DNA of 52,616 nucleotides from a virus (Duplodnaviria; Caudoviricetes): IMG/VR virus record IMGVR_UViG_3300048433_000716, positions 1 to 52,616 of that record; one strand, 5' to 3'. Shown piece by piece: positions 36,733 to 45,485 of this stretch (position 1 is its first letter; each line of letters starts with the position of its first letter). The notes under the pieces were generated by a model. It saw only the letters and a program-made list of their open reading frames with translations, ran no database searches and was not told where the DNA came from. The position numbers and the translations under genes were made by a program.

Positions 36733-36855
36733 TTACTTTTTTCCATACTTCTTGCCTTTTTTCTTCGTTGTTTTTTTCTTTGTAGTGGTTTTTTTGCCAT
36801 ACATTTTCATTTTGTTTCCTTTCGTCATTAGTGATGGGAATGATGTTCTATTCAT
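36733..36855 (-). CDS. Lys-rich 40-aa protein (not in ORF track)
   Basis: MNRTSFPSLMTKGNKMKMYGKKTTTKKKTTKKKGKKYGKK. Confidence 0.5.
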   Translation of the reverse strand: MNRTSFPSLMTKGNKMKMYGKKTTTKKKTTKKKGKKYGKK

Positions 36856-36893
36856 GACAAATATAATAACGAATTAAAAATAAAAGCCAAATA

Positions 36894-37220
36894 TTATTTT
36901 TTTATCTCTATAATTGGTTCTGCGATGGCACTTTCAGAGTATACATACCCTGCTGAGACTTTTTGTACTTTCCCATACTCCAATTCGTTCACAGCCTTGG
37001 GGTCATCTTCAAAAACATTGCCACCATCTGATTCGTCAGTATTTGGGTTCATTGCATCTTTGCAAGCTTTAACAAAATCATAATTAGGTCTGTTTTCAGC
37101 TACAAGACAATCTGAGCAACATCTAGCGGCGTATCTTTTTTGAACTTGTTTTAGCCTGGTTCCACATCGTTTACAGAAGTCAAAGTTATTTTTCCCAACT
37201 GTAGAAGACATGATCACCAA
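36894..37220 (-). CDS. Hypothetical Zn-binding protein
   Basis: CKRC...CSDC; start uncertain. Confidence 0.6.
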   Translation of the reverse strand: MVIMSSTVGKNNFDFCKRCGTRLKQVQKRYAARCCSDCLVAENRPNYDFVKACKDAMNPNTDESDGGNVFEDDPKAVNELEYGKVQKVSAGYVYSESAIAEPIIEIKK

Positions 37221-37662
37221 TTATCCTTATCTTACGTTTGGCATTAACCCAATAAGGTCTAACATAAATTGCATGATAATGTGTGGCATCTTTCACTAAA
37301 TCTATATTATCTAAATGCCCTTCATGTATAGACTTAGCTAAATGTAACGAATAATCCCAAGATTGCAAATCTTTTGGTTTATCTGATTTACCATCACACC
37401 ACCAACTAAACTGACATTTGTGTTTAATTGGCTGATTATCCCTATAATGACCTTGGAAAACCACGCCACATACAGTGTTTGGAAACCTTTCGTCTTTAAC
37501 TCTATTTAAAGTTACCATTGCTACTGCTAATTTGCCCACTGTGGGCTGATTTCGTGCTTCGTGGTATATGTTAAGGGCTAAACAGTTAACCTCATCACTG
37601 CGACAGTTATGGGCAAACATAGTGACTACTGCTAACAGTGTTAGCGTCAAAAGTATCTTCAT
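37186..37662 (-). CDS. SleB/CwlJ-family cell wall hydrolase
   Basis: Signal-like N-terminus, CLALNIYHEAR, VTLNRV, CQFSW, IGDHVFY. Confidence 0.9.
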   Translation of the reverse strand: MKILLTLTLLAVVTMFAHNCRSDEVNCLALNIYHEARNQPTVGKLAVAMVTLNRVKDERFPNTVCGVVFQGHYRDNQPIKHKCQFSWWCDGKSDKPKDLQSWDYSLHLAKSIHEGHLDNIDLVKDATHYHAIYVRPYWVNAKRKIRIIGDHVFYSWEK

Positions 37663-37707
37663 AATAAACCTCCCAGTCTATTAGTTTGCTTTTAATAATA
37701 TTACCTC

Positions 37708-37962
37708 CTAAGTAACTTTAGCTTCAACTTTGAAATATGGCTCATTAAAAAAATATTGCCACTTTAAATAAACCTCATACTCTTTAGTCAAATCCTCTAG
37801 CTCTTCCATAGGTAAATACTCTACTTCTCTTTCCTTGCACATTTGCATTGAAAGCATGCACCTTGGATAAAGACCAAAATCTTTCTTGGGGTCTAGGTCT
37901 TCTGGTAATTTGTTACCACGATGACTTTTAATTAATTCTTTATAAAATTTTATTGTTGCCAT
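37708..37962 (-). CDS. Hypothetical protein (island)
   Basis: 84 aa, GGAGG RBS. Confidence 0.7.
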   Translation of the reverse strand: MATIKFYKELIKSHRGNKLPEDLDPKKDFGLYPRCMLSMQMCKEREVEYLPMEELEDLTKEYEVYLKWQYFFNEPYFKVEAKVT

Positions 37963-37972
37963 TTTTTCCTCC

Positions 37973-38122
37973 TTATGGTCTGTAAATTACAAATTCAGTT
38001 TCTAATTTATGTGCTAATTCTTTTAAAATCTCATACGCCTCTTGAGTTTTAGGTGTGCACTTTTCTACACCCTTATCTTCTATTAAATTAGTTATGTGAA
38101 CTAAAGCTTGTACTTCTTCCAT
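37973..38122 (-). CDS. Hypothetical 49-aa protein (not in ORF track)
   Basis: MEEVQALVHITNLIEDKG...; AGGAGG RBS. Confidence 0.65.
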   Translation of the reverse strand: MEEVQALVHITNLIEDKGVEKCTPKTQEAYEILKELAHKLETEFVIYRP

Positions 38123-38123
38123 A

Positions 38124-38249
38124 TTAATATCCTCCTTTTGAAAGTTTCTTGTCGAATTGTCTTTGCTTTTTATTGCCTCTTTTCTTCAAAGACTTTTCCC
38201 AACCTCTACTTGCTGAGTGTACTTTTGACTTTCTATCTTTAACTTTCAT
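38124..38249 (-). CDS. Basic 41-aa protein (not in ORF track)
   Basis: MKVKDRKSKVHSASRGWEKSLKKRG...; GGAG RBS; first gene after the leftward promoter. Confidence 0.6.
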   Translation of the reverse strand: MKVKDRKSKVHSASRGWEKSLKKRGNKKQRQFDKKLSKGGY

Positions 38250-38292
38250 TTTTTACTCCAAATTTTGTTAATCATTTTTCGTCTATTTAAGT

Positions 38293-38321
38293 AATATAAC
38301 ATTTGTAAATACATAAGTCAA
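38293..38321 (-). promoter_or_regulatory. Leftward island promoter
   Basis: TTGACT, 17 bp, TATATT; spacer contains TGTATTTACA. Confidence 0.75.
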
Positions 38322-38353
38322 CATCTAATTTGGGTTTATTTAACATCTTTTAT

Positions 38354-38412
38354 GGGTTGACATTGCTTTTTATACATGATAGAATCATTTCAACGAACAA
38401 CTAAATAAGGAA
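38354..38412 (+). promoter_or_regulatory. Rightward island promoter
   Basis: GGG-TTGACA (38357), 17 bp, TG-n-TAGAAT (38380), leader AACGAACAA, AAGGA. Confidence 0.8.
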
Positions 38413-38419
38413 AAACAAA

Positions 38420-38653
38420 ATGAGCAAATACAAAAACTTTCTAATGGATATTGAAGAAACTATCGTAAGCAACATAACTGTTAATATGGTTTCAGACTCA
38501 GAAAATGTTACTGAGTTATTTGATATAACTTGTAATAAAATTAAGAAACTTGGCAATGGGCAATTTATCGTAGGTGCATATGACGACATGATTAGAGATG
38601 TTTGTGATTGGGCTTGGGATGAGTATTGGTCACAATATAGGGAGGGTTGCTAA
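38420..38653 (+). CDS. Hypothetical acidic protein (island)
   Basis: 77 aa after promoter and RBS. Confidence 0.75.
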   Translation: MSKYKNFLMDIEETIVSNITVNMVSDSENVTELFDITCNKIKKLGNGQFIVGAYDDMIRDVCDWAWDEYWSQYREGC

Positions 38654-39120
38654 TGGAGGTAGATTACAGATATCACGATGGTGGTAGGTCAAAGTATTTT
38701 AAAGGTAATGCTGGGGATTGTGTCGTAAGGGCAATCTCCATCTCTACCAATACTGACTATAAGGTTATTTATGACGAGTTATATCAAGTCAACAAAGATT
38801 ATAAGAGGTCACGAAATAACAAAGTATCTAAGAAAATGAAAAGTGCCACACCTAGAAATGGCAATTTTAAGAAGGTGTATCATAATTTTATTCTTGGGAA
38901 AGGTTATCGATATGTGCCATTAATTAAGTTTGGTTCTAAAGAAAGGACTAAGCTTGACCAACTGAGTAAGCTCAAAAACATTATTGTCTGTATAAATAGT
39001 CATATGATGGCTATGAAAGATGGTGTTGTTTACGATACTTGGGATACTAGGCACTCATATTGGGAAGGCGTCAAAGCTATTAGGACTGTTAACGCTTATT
39101 ACGAGAGGATAGAGGCATGA
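38653..39120 (+). CDS. Hypothetical protein with DGGR...GDCVVRAI motif
   Basis: GDCVVRAIS...H...DGVVYDTWD; possible Cys/His catalytic residues. Confidence 0.75.
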   Translation: MEVDYRYHDGGRSKYFKGNAGDCVVRAISISTNTDYKVIYDELYQVNKDYKRSRNNKVSKKMKSATPRNGNFKKVYHNFILGKGYRYVPLIKFGSKERTKLDQLSKLKNIIVCINSHMMAMKDGVVYDTWDTRHSYWEGVKAIRTVNAYYERIEA

Positions 39121-39332
39121 CAATGATGAGTATGATAAAAGGGCACACTTCAGTGTTTCAGTGCATAGGTGACGCTTATATCAAGAGAGATGACCAAAGG
39201 TTTTATTATGCATACTTACTTTGCATAAGAGCTAAGACTGATTTAAAGGCATTGCATAAATATTTAATTAATAGATATAATTTCAATAGATTAGTTTGTG
39301 CAAAATTACTGAGAAAGGCTAGAATGAAATGA
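39117..39332 (+). CDS. Hypothetical protein (island)
   Basis: 71 aa, ATGA coupling. Confidence 0.65.
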   Translation: MTMMSMIKGHTSVFQCIGDAYIKRDDQRFYYAYLLCIRAKTDLKALHKYLINRYNFNRLVCAKLLRKARMK

Positions 39333-39460
39333 AGGGTTTTGTAATTACAATTTTACTTCTGTTGTCATTAAGTTCTTGCACCTACAAATACCAAGTTTCC
39401 AAATGGGATAACAGTGTCTTATTAGGAACGATTATAGGTACTTTAGTTAGTTTGAACTAG
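39329..39460 (+). CDS. Small lipoprotein (43 aa, not in ORF track)
   Basis: MKGFVITILLLLSLSS-CTYKYQ: signal peptide II with lipobox LSSC; ATGA coupling. Confidence 0.65.
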   Translation: MKGFVITILLLLSLSSCTYKYQVSKWDNSVLLGTIIGTLVSLN

Positions 39461-42111
39461 GTAGCATTAGCTTGGGTACTAGGCATATCGCTTAGTGCCC
39501 CTAACTGCTCCTCTAATCCTATCGCTGTTCCTGCACCCATAGTAAATAAAGATAATCCCTTCAGAACTTTTTCTTTCAATTCAGGCGTAATTTTTATTGT
39601 CCATGATGATTGCTTTTGGGTAGCATTTCTAAAATCAGCATTATTTTGTGCTTGTTCTAAGGTTCTAAATGATGCGACTGGCAGATCAGTGCCAACCTCT
39701 TTAACTTGATACACTCTATCTAATGGTGAACTACCTCTTAACATTACAACTGTATGTAAATTTTTTGGTCTTATTTCTACAATTTGTTTGCTGACATTTT
39801 CTTTTCCTGCAACCTTCTTCGCCATAGATGGTATCTTATCTTCATAGTGATCAAGTAATCCTTCATTGCCCCATCTATCAACTTGGACTTGTCCAGGTGA
39901 AAATGAAATACTGTCATGACCTTCTAGAACTGCTCTTTGCAATAATCTTTTGATACCAAATTTAGTCCACCCCTCAGTGGTTTCAACTACATCTCCACCA
40001 GGGATATTGCCAGATAATTTAGTGTCAAGACCATATCTTCTTGCTATCAAATCGTCTGCATAGTCTTCGAATGTCTTTGCATCTGGAAATTGATTGTTGC
40101 CTCTTAAATCATATTTAGTAGGTGGTGTATATCTCACGAATGTGCCAACTATATCCCTTTGAAGTTCTTTTGGCATTTTTTCAAAAGGCTCAACTACAAA
40201 TCCAGCTTTTCTCAAAGCCTTAAGTGGCTCTAAAGAAGTTGTTATAGAATCTTCCAAATTATTACTATTCACAAAATCTATGTAGTCAGCCATAGTCATA
40301 GTCTTATATTCATCAGGCATTCTGCTATTTTCGTAATCAAATACGTTTTCTGGCATTTTTGCACCTTGATTGTATTTTTCAGCCATTAATCCAGAAACAT
40401 CCTCTCGTAATGGCACTCTAATTGGTGGTCTGCCTGGGTTCTTCAGTGAATACAAAAGCTCTTGTTCTGGTGCAGTTAATTTGATTTTTAAATTTCTTAA
40501 TCCAAATAACTCGTCATCTACTTCATCAAACTTTTGTTTATTTTTCTCATATGACTTAGTGCCTGGTGCAAAGCCTCTTTGTCTTCCTGCCTGACCTCTA
40601 TCTGATTGCAGTTCTTCTACATATAATGTTTTGCTTCCATCTTCTAAAGTTCTGTCCTTTGTTCGAAGGTGAACAATTGGATTATAGTTAGGAAAGTGAA
40701 TTGGATTTTGATAATCATCGATATCGCTATACTCACCTAATCTTGCTGAGCTTGGATTATTAGATTGTTTGCCTATTACGAACTCTCTATAATTTGAGCC
40801 ACCTTGTTGAGTATTTTCACTAAACCTAGCGTCTTTCGCTACATAATCGCCATTTTGTATAGCATAACTTTCTGTCTGTACTATGGCTTCGTTAATGTTT
40901 CCTCTATTTGCAATTTCGTCAAATCTAAATGAATCCATATCCTCTCTATTATAATCCAGAATTTTATATTGTTCTGATTGAGTGATATCAAATATGTCTG
41001 CATTTTTATCAAATGTGAGAAAGTTTCCACTTTTATCGTCATAAACTATTCTGTACCCAGTTTTGTTATCCTCCAAAACTCTTGTAGGATTTGTTAACTC
41101 TGTTGCTGACCTTGTTTCATCTGATACATTTAGACCTTTGTTGAGTTCATCGATCTCATAATTACTAAATTTATTATACTGAGGCGTTTCTGATATCTTT
41201 TTTGTCATATCCTCAAATATTAATGTTGAGCCTTCAGTGATAGGATTATCTTGATACACATCTTCGTATAATTCTAGTTTATTAACATTTATTTTTGTTA
41301 ATATGTCTTTTTTTGTAATAGGTCTGTTGGTAACTTTAAATAAATCATCAAGACCAGTATCAACTAACTCTGCTTCAGTTACGCCTTGATTCTGAAAATA
41401 TTTTTTAAAGTCTGCTCCACTACCTTTGTTTTGTTTCATTTTATTAGCAACTTCTTCTGATTTATAGAAAAATCCTAATTCATCTAACTTTCTTGGATTT
41501 GTCATGACCATATTAGGTGGCATTCTTCTAGTGCTTGCTAACATTACTGGCTCTTTTGGCAAAGCCCCTACATTTGTAGGTACATTATCGCCTTTGAGCT
41601 TTTTTGATAGTGATTGAGAAAAGCCCTTGAGACCTTTTGCTATGGGTTTTGTTATAAGTGCACCCTCTAACACAGCAGCAGCTCCCTCAATAGCTGGGGC
41701 TATATAATCAGTTCCCTTTTGTGCTCTCTTAAATCCTCTTCCAGCTTCTTGAAGATAAAAAGGTATACCAAAAGGTGTAATATCTAATAAGCCAATTGAC
41801 TTACTAAACGTCTCAGCATTAGGGTCTCCCACAAAACCTCTAGCCACATTACTTATTGCTCCCTTTGGCGTGCCTAAATATGTTAGAAGGTCTCTTATGC
41901 CATAGTTTAGCTTTTCTCTCATGGTAGGCTTGTATGGCTCTAATGTAGCCCCTTGAGATTGTTGTATATTCTTTTCTAGTTGGTTAAGTGGCACATTAGA
42001 ATTGTATATCATAGAAGCATACTGAGGATTTTCAAAAACGCTAGGCTCTACGCTTTGAGCTTCCTTAATTCTGTTCTCTCTAAAAAACCTATCTAGCTCA
42101 TTCTCAGCCAT
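39457..42111 (-). CDS. Large polyvalent-protein-like virion protein
   Basis: GGSNYREF, HLRTKDR...YVEELQSD, KRLLQRAVLEGHD motifs. Confidence 0.7.
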   Translation of the reverse strand: MAENELDRFFRENRIKEAQSVEPSVFENPQYASMIYNSNVPLNQLEKNIQQSQGATLEPYKPTMREKLNYGIRDLLTYLGTPKGAISNVARGFVGDPNAETFSKSIGLLDITPFGIPFYLQEAGRGFKRAQKGTDYIAPAIEGAAAVLEGALITKPIAKGLKGFSQSLSKKLKGDNVPTNVGALPKEPVMLASTRRMPPNMVMTNPRKLDELGFFYKSEEVANKMKQNKGSGADFKKYFQNQGVTEAELVDTGLDDLFKVTNRPITKKDILTKINVNKLELYEDVYQDNPITEGSTLIFEDMTKKISETPQYNKFSNYEIDELNKGLNVSDETRSATELTNPTRVLEDNKTGYRIVYDDKSGNFLTFDKNADIFDITQSEQYKILDYNREDMDSFRFDEIANRGNINEAIVQTESYAIQNGDYVAKDARFSENTQQGGSNYREFVIGKQSNNPSSARLGEYSDIDDYQNPIHFPNYNPIVHLRTKDRTLEDGSKTLYVEELQSDRGQAGRQRGFAPGTKSYEKNKQKFDEVDDELFGLRNLKIKLTAPEQELLYSLKNPGRPPIRVPLREDVSGLMAEKYNQGAKMPENVFDYENSRMPDEYKTMTMADYIDFVNSNNLEDSITTSLEPLKALRKAGFVVEPFEKMPKELQRDIVGTFVRYTPPTKYDLRGNNQFPDAKTFEDYADDLIARRYGLDTKLSGNIPGGDVVETTEGWTKFGIKRLLQRAVLEGHDSISFSPGQVQVDRWGNEGLLDHYEDKIPSMAKKVAGKENVSKQIVEIRPKNLHTVVMLRGSSPLDRVYQVKEVGTDLPVASFRTLEQAQNNADFRNATQKQSSWTIKITPELKEKVLKGLSLFTMGAGTAIGLEEQLGALSDMPSTQANAT

Positions 42112-42573
42112 TTAGAACCTATACTCTATATTTGCCCCAATATTCTTTTCTTTTCCAAGTGGCGTTCCATCCACTGGATCAAAGTAGTAAGGGTTTATTT
42201 GACCTTGTATATTTAAGCTTGTGTTTTCTGTAATTGGTATACCTAAATACGCTCTTAATTGATTTACTGTAAGACCTTGCCCAAACTGTTGGCTCTCTGG
42301 TGCTCCATATGCTTGTACCTCTTGTGGATAATCCACTTGCCCTTGCATATAGTTACCACTACCACCAACACCAAATACAGTAGGTTGCCCTTCTACCATA
42401 GAAGGTGCAGTAAAGTTTAAATCTACACTACCTTCTGCTCTGTTTTTTGTTCTAATAGCCTCAGTCTTTCCTGTAGGTAAATATATAGGCATTTCGTTTA
42501 CAGAACGCCCACCAATAATATTTACCTCTGGGGCTTTCATTTTTAATTTATTTAAAAAGCTTTTAACATCCAT
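42112..42573 (-). CDS. Beta-barrel-like protein with OMP-type C-terminus, no signal peptide
   Basis: Alternating-pattern strands; ends NIGANIEYRF. Confidence 0.6.
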   Translation of the reverse strand: MDVKSFLNKLKMKAPEVNIIGGRSVNEMPIYLPTGKTEAIRTKNRAEGSVDLNFTAPSMVEGQPTVFGVGGSGNYMQGQVDYPQEVQAYGAPESQQFGQGLTVNQLRAYLGIPITENTSLNIQGQINPYYFDPVDGTPLGKEKNIGANIEYRF

Positions 42574-42767
42574 TACACTTGTCCTGCTGATAATGTTCTA
42601 GCCAATATCTCTAGCGTTTCTTGGAAACCTTTGTCTAGTTTCTTAGCTGCAGTAGCAAACTTCTTAGGGCTTACCTCATCTGATTCTAGACCTTTTGATT
42701 TTAAAAATTTCTTAGCAGCTCTTATTTCAGCGTTAGCTACCTTTTTTATTTTTGCTTTCTTAGCCAT
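42573..42767 (-). CDS. Small basic protein
   Basis: 64 aa, Lys/Ala-rich, coupled to both neighbours. Confidence 0.7.
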   Translation of the reverse strand: MAKKAKIKKVANAEIRAAKKFLKSKGLESDEVSPKKFATAAKKLDKGFQETLEILARTLSAGQV

Positions 42768-43339
42768 TACTCAACCTTTACTTTGTCATTGCTAATAATA
42801 ACTTCTTGCTCATCAAATGTTCTGCCACCTCCAAAGAAGGCGTTTATATCTGGGCTTGCCAATATATCTTTTTTCTTTACTTTAAATGCTTGTAGTGGAC
42901 TTTGCAATCGCTTTTGCCAAGGTAAGCTAAGGTCAACATTATAATTAGGGTTTAATGTAAACGAACTGACGCCACTATTTTCGTCTAAATCGCCATATCT
43001 ATAAACTGTTACTTCTTCTGGTAAGTCTTTAAGATAATCTTGTGTAAGTTCTTGTATTTCTTTCTGAGCATCATTAAGTTCTTTGTCTGTCAATGATGGT
43101 GGCATATCTTCACTACCAAATTTTAAAGCTCCAGACTTTAACTCCCCACCATAACCTTTGGCAAACTCTTTATCTGCATGAAATAAGTTTTTGTAGGCGT
43201 CTGGCGTATCTAATTGTACACTTTGGTCAATAATATCAGAATACTCACTTAAGCTTTTGCTAGTGCTTGGTAATGCCCCTATTTTATTTCCTAGAGCATC
43301 TACAACATATGTGATGCCTTTTACTATAGGATTTACCAT
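42767..43339 (-). CDS. Putative mono-ADP-ribosyltransferase
   Basis: R-S-ExE pattern: TVYRYG, SSFTLN, DEQEVII. Confidence 0.65.
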   Translation of the reverse strand: MVNPIVKGITYVVDALGNKIGALPSTSKSLSEYSDIIDQSVQLDTPDAYKNLFHADKEFAKGYGGELKSGALKFGSEDMPPSLTDKELNDAQKEIQELTQDYLKDLPEEVTVYRYGDLDENSGVSSFTLNPNYNVDLSLPWQKRLQSPLQAFKVKKKDILASPDINAFFGGGRTFDEQEVIISNDKVKVE

Positions 43340-43597
43340 TTACCAAGCCTTACATGACCAATATCTAGCTTTTGTTTTCGGGCCTGGATTGTCACAATTG
43401 TGTCTAGACCTAAAGCTTTTTCTATTACCTTTTTGGTTTTTCTTAATTCGCATGTTTGGGTCACCAAATGTCACACGCTTTACCTTATCACCATCCATTA
43501 CATAGACAACTGACTTCTTCTTGCCATAAGATGTTTCGCCCTTAGCTATTCTTCTAGGCTTGTTTAGAGATACACTTTTGCCTTTGTATTTAGCCAT
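43340..43597 (-). CDS. Small basic protein with FGD...FRSRHNC...YWSC motif
   Basis: 85 aa, K/R-rich. Confidence 0.75.
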   Translation of the reverse strand: MAKYKGKSVSLNKPRRIAKGETSYGKKKSVVYVMDGDKVKRVTFGDPNMRIKKNQKGNRKSFRSRHNCDNPGPKTKARYWSCKAW

Positions 43598-43769
43598 TAG
43601 CTTTCTTCGCTTTCTTTTTGGCTGCTGCCGATAAATCTTTCATGTGTACTAAGTACTTACTATTTTTTGTATGTTTAGCACCTGACATAACTTTACCCTT
43701 AGCATCTTTATGAGTTGCTCCCGTATACTTAGTGCCATCTTTAAAATAATGATTAACGCCTTTAGCCAT
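43590..43769 (-). CDS. Small basic His-containing protein (59 aa, not in ORF track)
   Basis: MAKGVNHYFKDGTKYTGATHK...SGAKHTKNSK; TAATG coupling. Confidence 0.7.
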   Translation of the reverse strand: MAKGVNHYFKDGTKYTGATHKDAKGKVMSGAKHTKNSKYLVHMKDLSAAAKKKAKKANG

Positions 43770-44029
43770 TATGCTTTCCTCTTCTTTTTAACTATTGTTT
43801 TGACTTTTTTCATAGGATTAGCTCTTTTTCTTTTGACTGCAGACTTGATTTGTCCTTTTGACATAGCGTTTGCTTTTGCTCTAGGCACACACTTGGGATA
43901 TTTTCTCTTGGCGTCTTTCTTTTGTTTTGTTCTACCACACTTAGCATATCCTCCACCCTTCTTCTTAGAGCCAATATCTACCCAGTCTTCTTTAAACCAC
44001 TTTGTTAATCCACCACTACTCTTTGCCAT
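43769..44029 (-). CDS. Small basic protein (DUF5872-like, C-terminal half)
   Basis: GLTKWFKEDWVDI...CGR...YPKCVP. Confidence 0.72.
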   Translation of the reverse strand: MAKSSGGLTKWFKEDWVDIGSKKKGGGYAKCGRTKQKKDAKRKYPKCVPRAKANAMSKGQIKSAVKRKRANPMKKVKTIVKKKRKA

Positions 44030-44220
44030 TATGCTGACCTATAGCCTCCACCTCTTGACTTGTATGTTTTAACAAGCCATGCATTTGCATAAGCGGATGG
44101 GTATACATCGAACTTACGCTTTGCTTCTGCTTTTACTCTTGCATACAACGCCTTATTAGTTGGAACTGAACCTTTTTTCTTAGTTGACTTTTTCTTAGTT
44201 GTTCTCTTTTTAACTGCCAT
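44029..44220 (-). CDS. Small basic protein (DUF5872-like, N-terminal half)
   Basis: PTNKALY...YPSAYANAWLVKTYKSRGGGY. Confidence 0.72.
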   Translation of the reverse strand: MAVKKRTTKKKSTKKKGSVPTNKALYARVKAEAKRKFDVYPSAYANAWLVKTYKSRGGGYRSA

Positions 44221-44228
44221 ATCAACTC

Positions 44229-45485
44229 CTATGTAGCTGGTATTAAACTTTGAGCGTATTTATATGCTTCTTCATCGCCTAGTGTCCTTTGTATCTCTAA
44301 GAACTTAGACGCCTCATCTATCAATTGTTGGTCTACTGGTTGAACTGGCGTATTCATAGCCAACTTTCTATAATCTGCAGGCATAGATTTAAATTCACCA
44401 AGACCCTTGCCCTCCGCTCTGACCTTAGACATTGGGTCTCTAAGCATTATAGTTTTAGGTATACTAGTTCCAAAGGTAAAAACTTCTGCATCAGGTGCTT
44501 TCATAATTTGTGAATCATAACTTGGATGCTTGCTAGGGAAAACACCAGACTTTAAGTCTGCAAACCTAGAACCCATACCTAAAAAATCATCTGCTATTAA
44601 TCCTGGGTTGGTTGTGGCTAGTCGTATCTGACCTATGTTTGGTGCTCCTAAATTCTGCATTTCTGCTTTATCAAAAACTTCAACCAATTTTTTTCTTGAT
44701 GATCCAGGAAGATTTCTAAAATATGTTGCAAATTCATCTATATTACTTAGATTAGGTGCATCACTAAATGGTGTATAATTTTTACCTTTAATTGAATATT
44801 TATGATCTTTTATAACTTTAGACATTTCATTAAGGTTTTTCTTAGTATTTTTCCCAACTCTCAATGATTCAATAATTACGTTAGCAACATCTACTGAAAA
44901 GTCTCCACCTCTTTCACCCATTGTAACAGTCATTCCAACAGGATTGCCACCCATTTGCTCTACTGTTTCTAATTTTTTATTAAACTCTTCCATAGTTCCA
45001 AGCATAGATGCCCAGCCTTGGTTTGCATCATCCATAAATTGTATGCCCCCAAATGTTCTTACAGGGTTTTCAAACTGCAAATCACCTATCCCAGTGATAA
45101 TTACATCTCTACTAGTTCTATCTCCAACTAAAGGAATTATTGTTTTACCTTGTAAGACAGATGCATCTCTAGCAAGTGTAGGGTTTTGTTGCAATGCTCC
45201 TACTTGCCCTCTCATGTTAAAATCTTTTAGTGGGTCTCTAACAAGTTTAGTGTAACTTCTCTGAAATGGTGGAGGTTTATCTTTGATCATGTCTATGGCT
45301 CTTGTTTTGTCGCCAAAAGCACCAAGTATTTCATCACCTGTTATCTCAAACTTAGGTAATGCTCCAAATTCTTTCTTTATTTGCTCTGTAGTGGCTACAT
45401 TACCTAAAGCACCAAGTTCATTCTCACTGAATAAAGGCTTAAAGTTCTTAGTCAAAAACTCTAATAGAAACTTACTTTTAGACAT
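44229..45485 (-). CDS. Uncharacterised putative virion cargo protein
   Basis: 418 aa; repeated GAL motifs at the N-terminus, then a globular domain (GDRT, WAS, HPSY). Confidence 0.75.
   Translation of the reverse strand: MSKSKFLLEFLTKNFKPLFSENELGALGNVATTEQIKKEFGALPKFEITGDEILGAFGDKTRAIDMIKDKPPPFQRSYTKLVRDPLKDFNMRGQVGALQQNPTLARDASVLQGKTIIPLVGDRTSRDVIITGIGDLQFENPVRTFGGIQFMDDANQGWASMLGTMEEFNKKLETVEQMGGNPVGMTVTMGERGGDFSVDVANVIIESLRVGKNTKKNLNEMSKVIKDHKYSIKGKNYTPFSDAPNLSNIDEFATYFRNLPGSSRKKLVEVFDKAEMQNLGAPNIGQIRLATTNPGLIADDFLGMGSRFADLKSGVFPSKHPSYDSQIMKAPDAEVFTFGTSIPKTIMLRDPMSKVRAEGKGLGEFKSMPADYRKLAMNTPVQPVDQQLIDEASKFLEIQRTLGDEEAYKYAQSLIPAT

Noticed and set aside
36600-36800. 66-aa ORF as annotated in the track
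   Set aside because: It overlaps two better candidates in other frames; a shorter product from MEKSKD is possible but unsupported.
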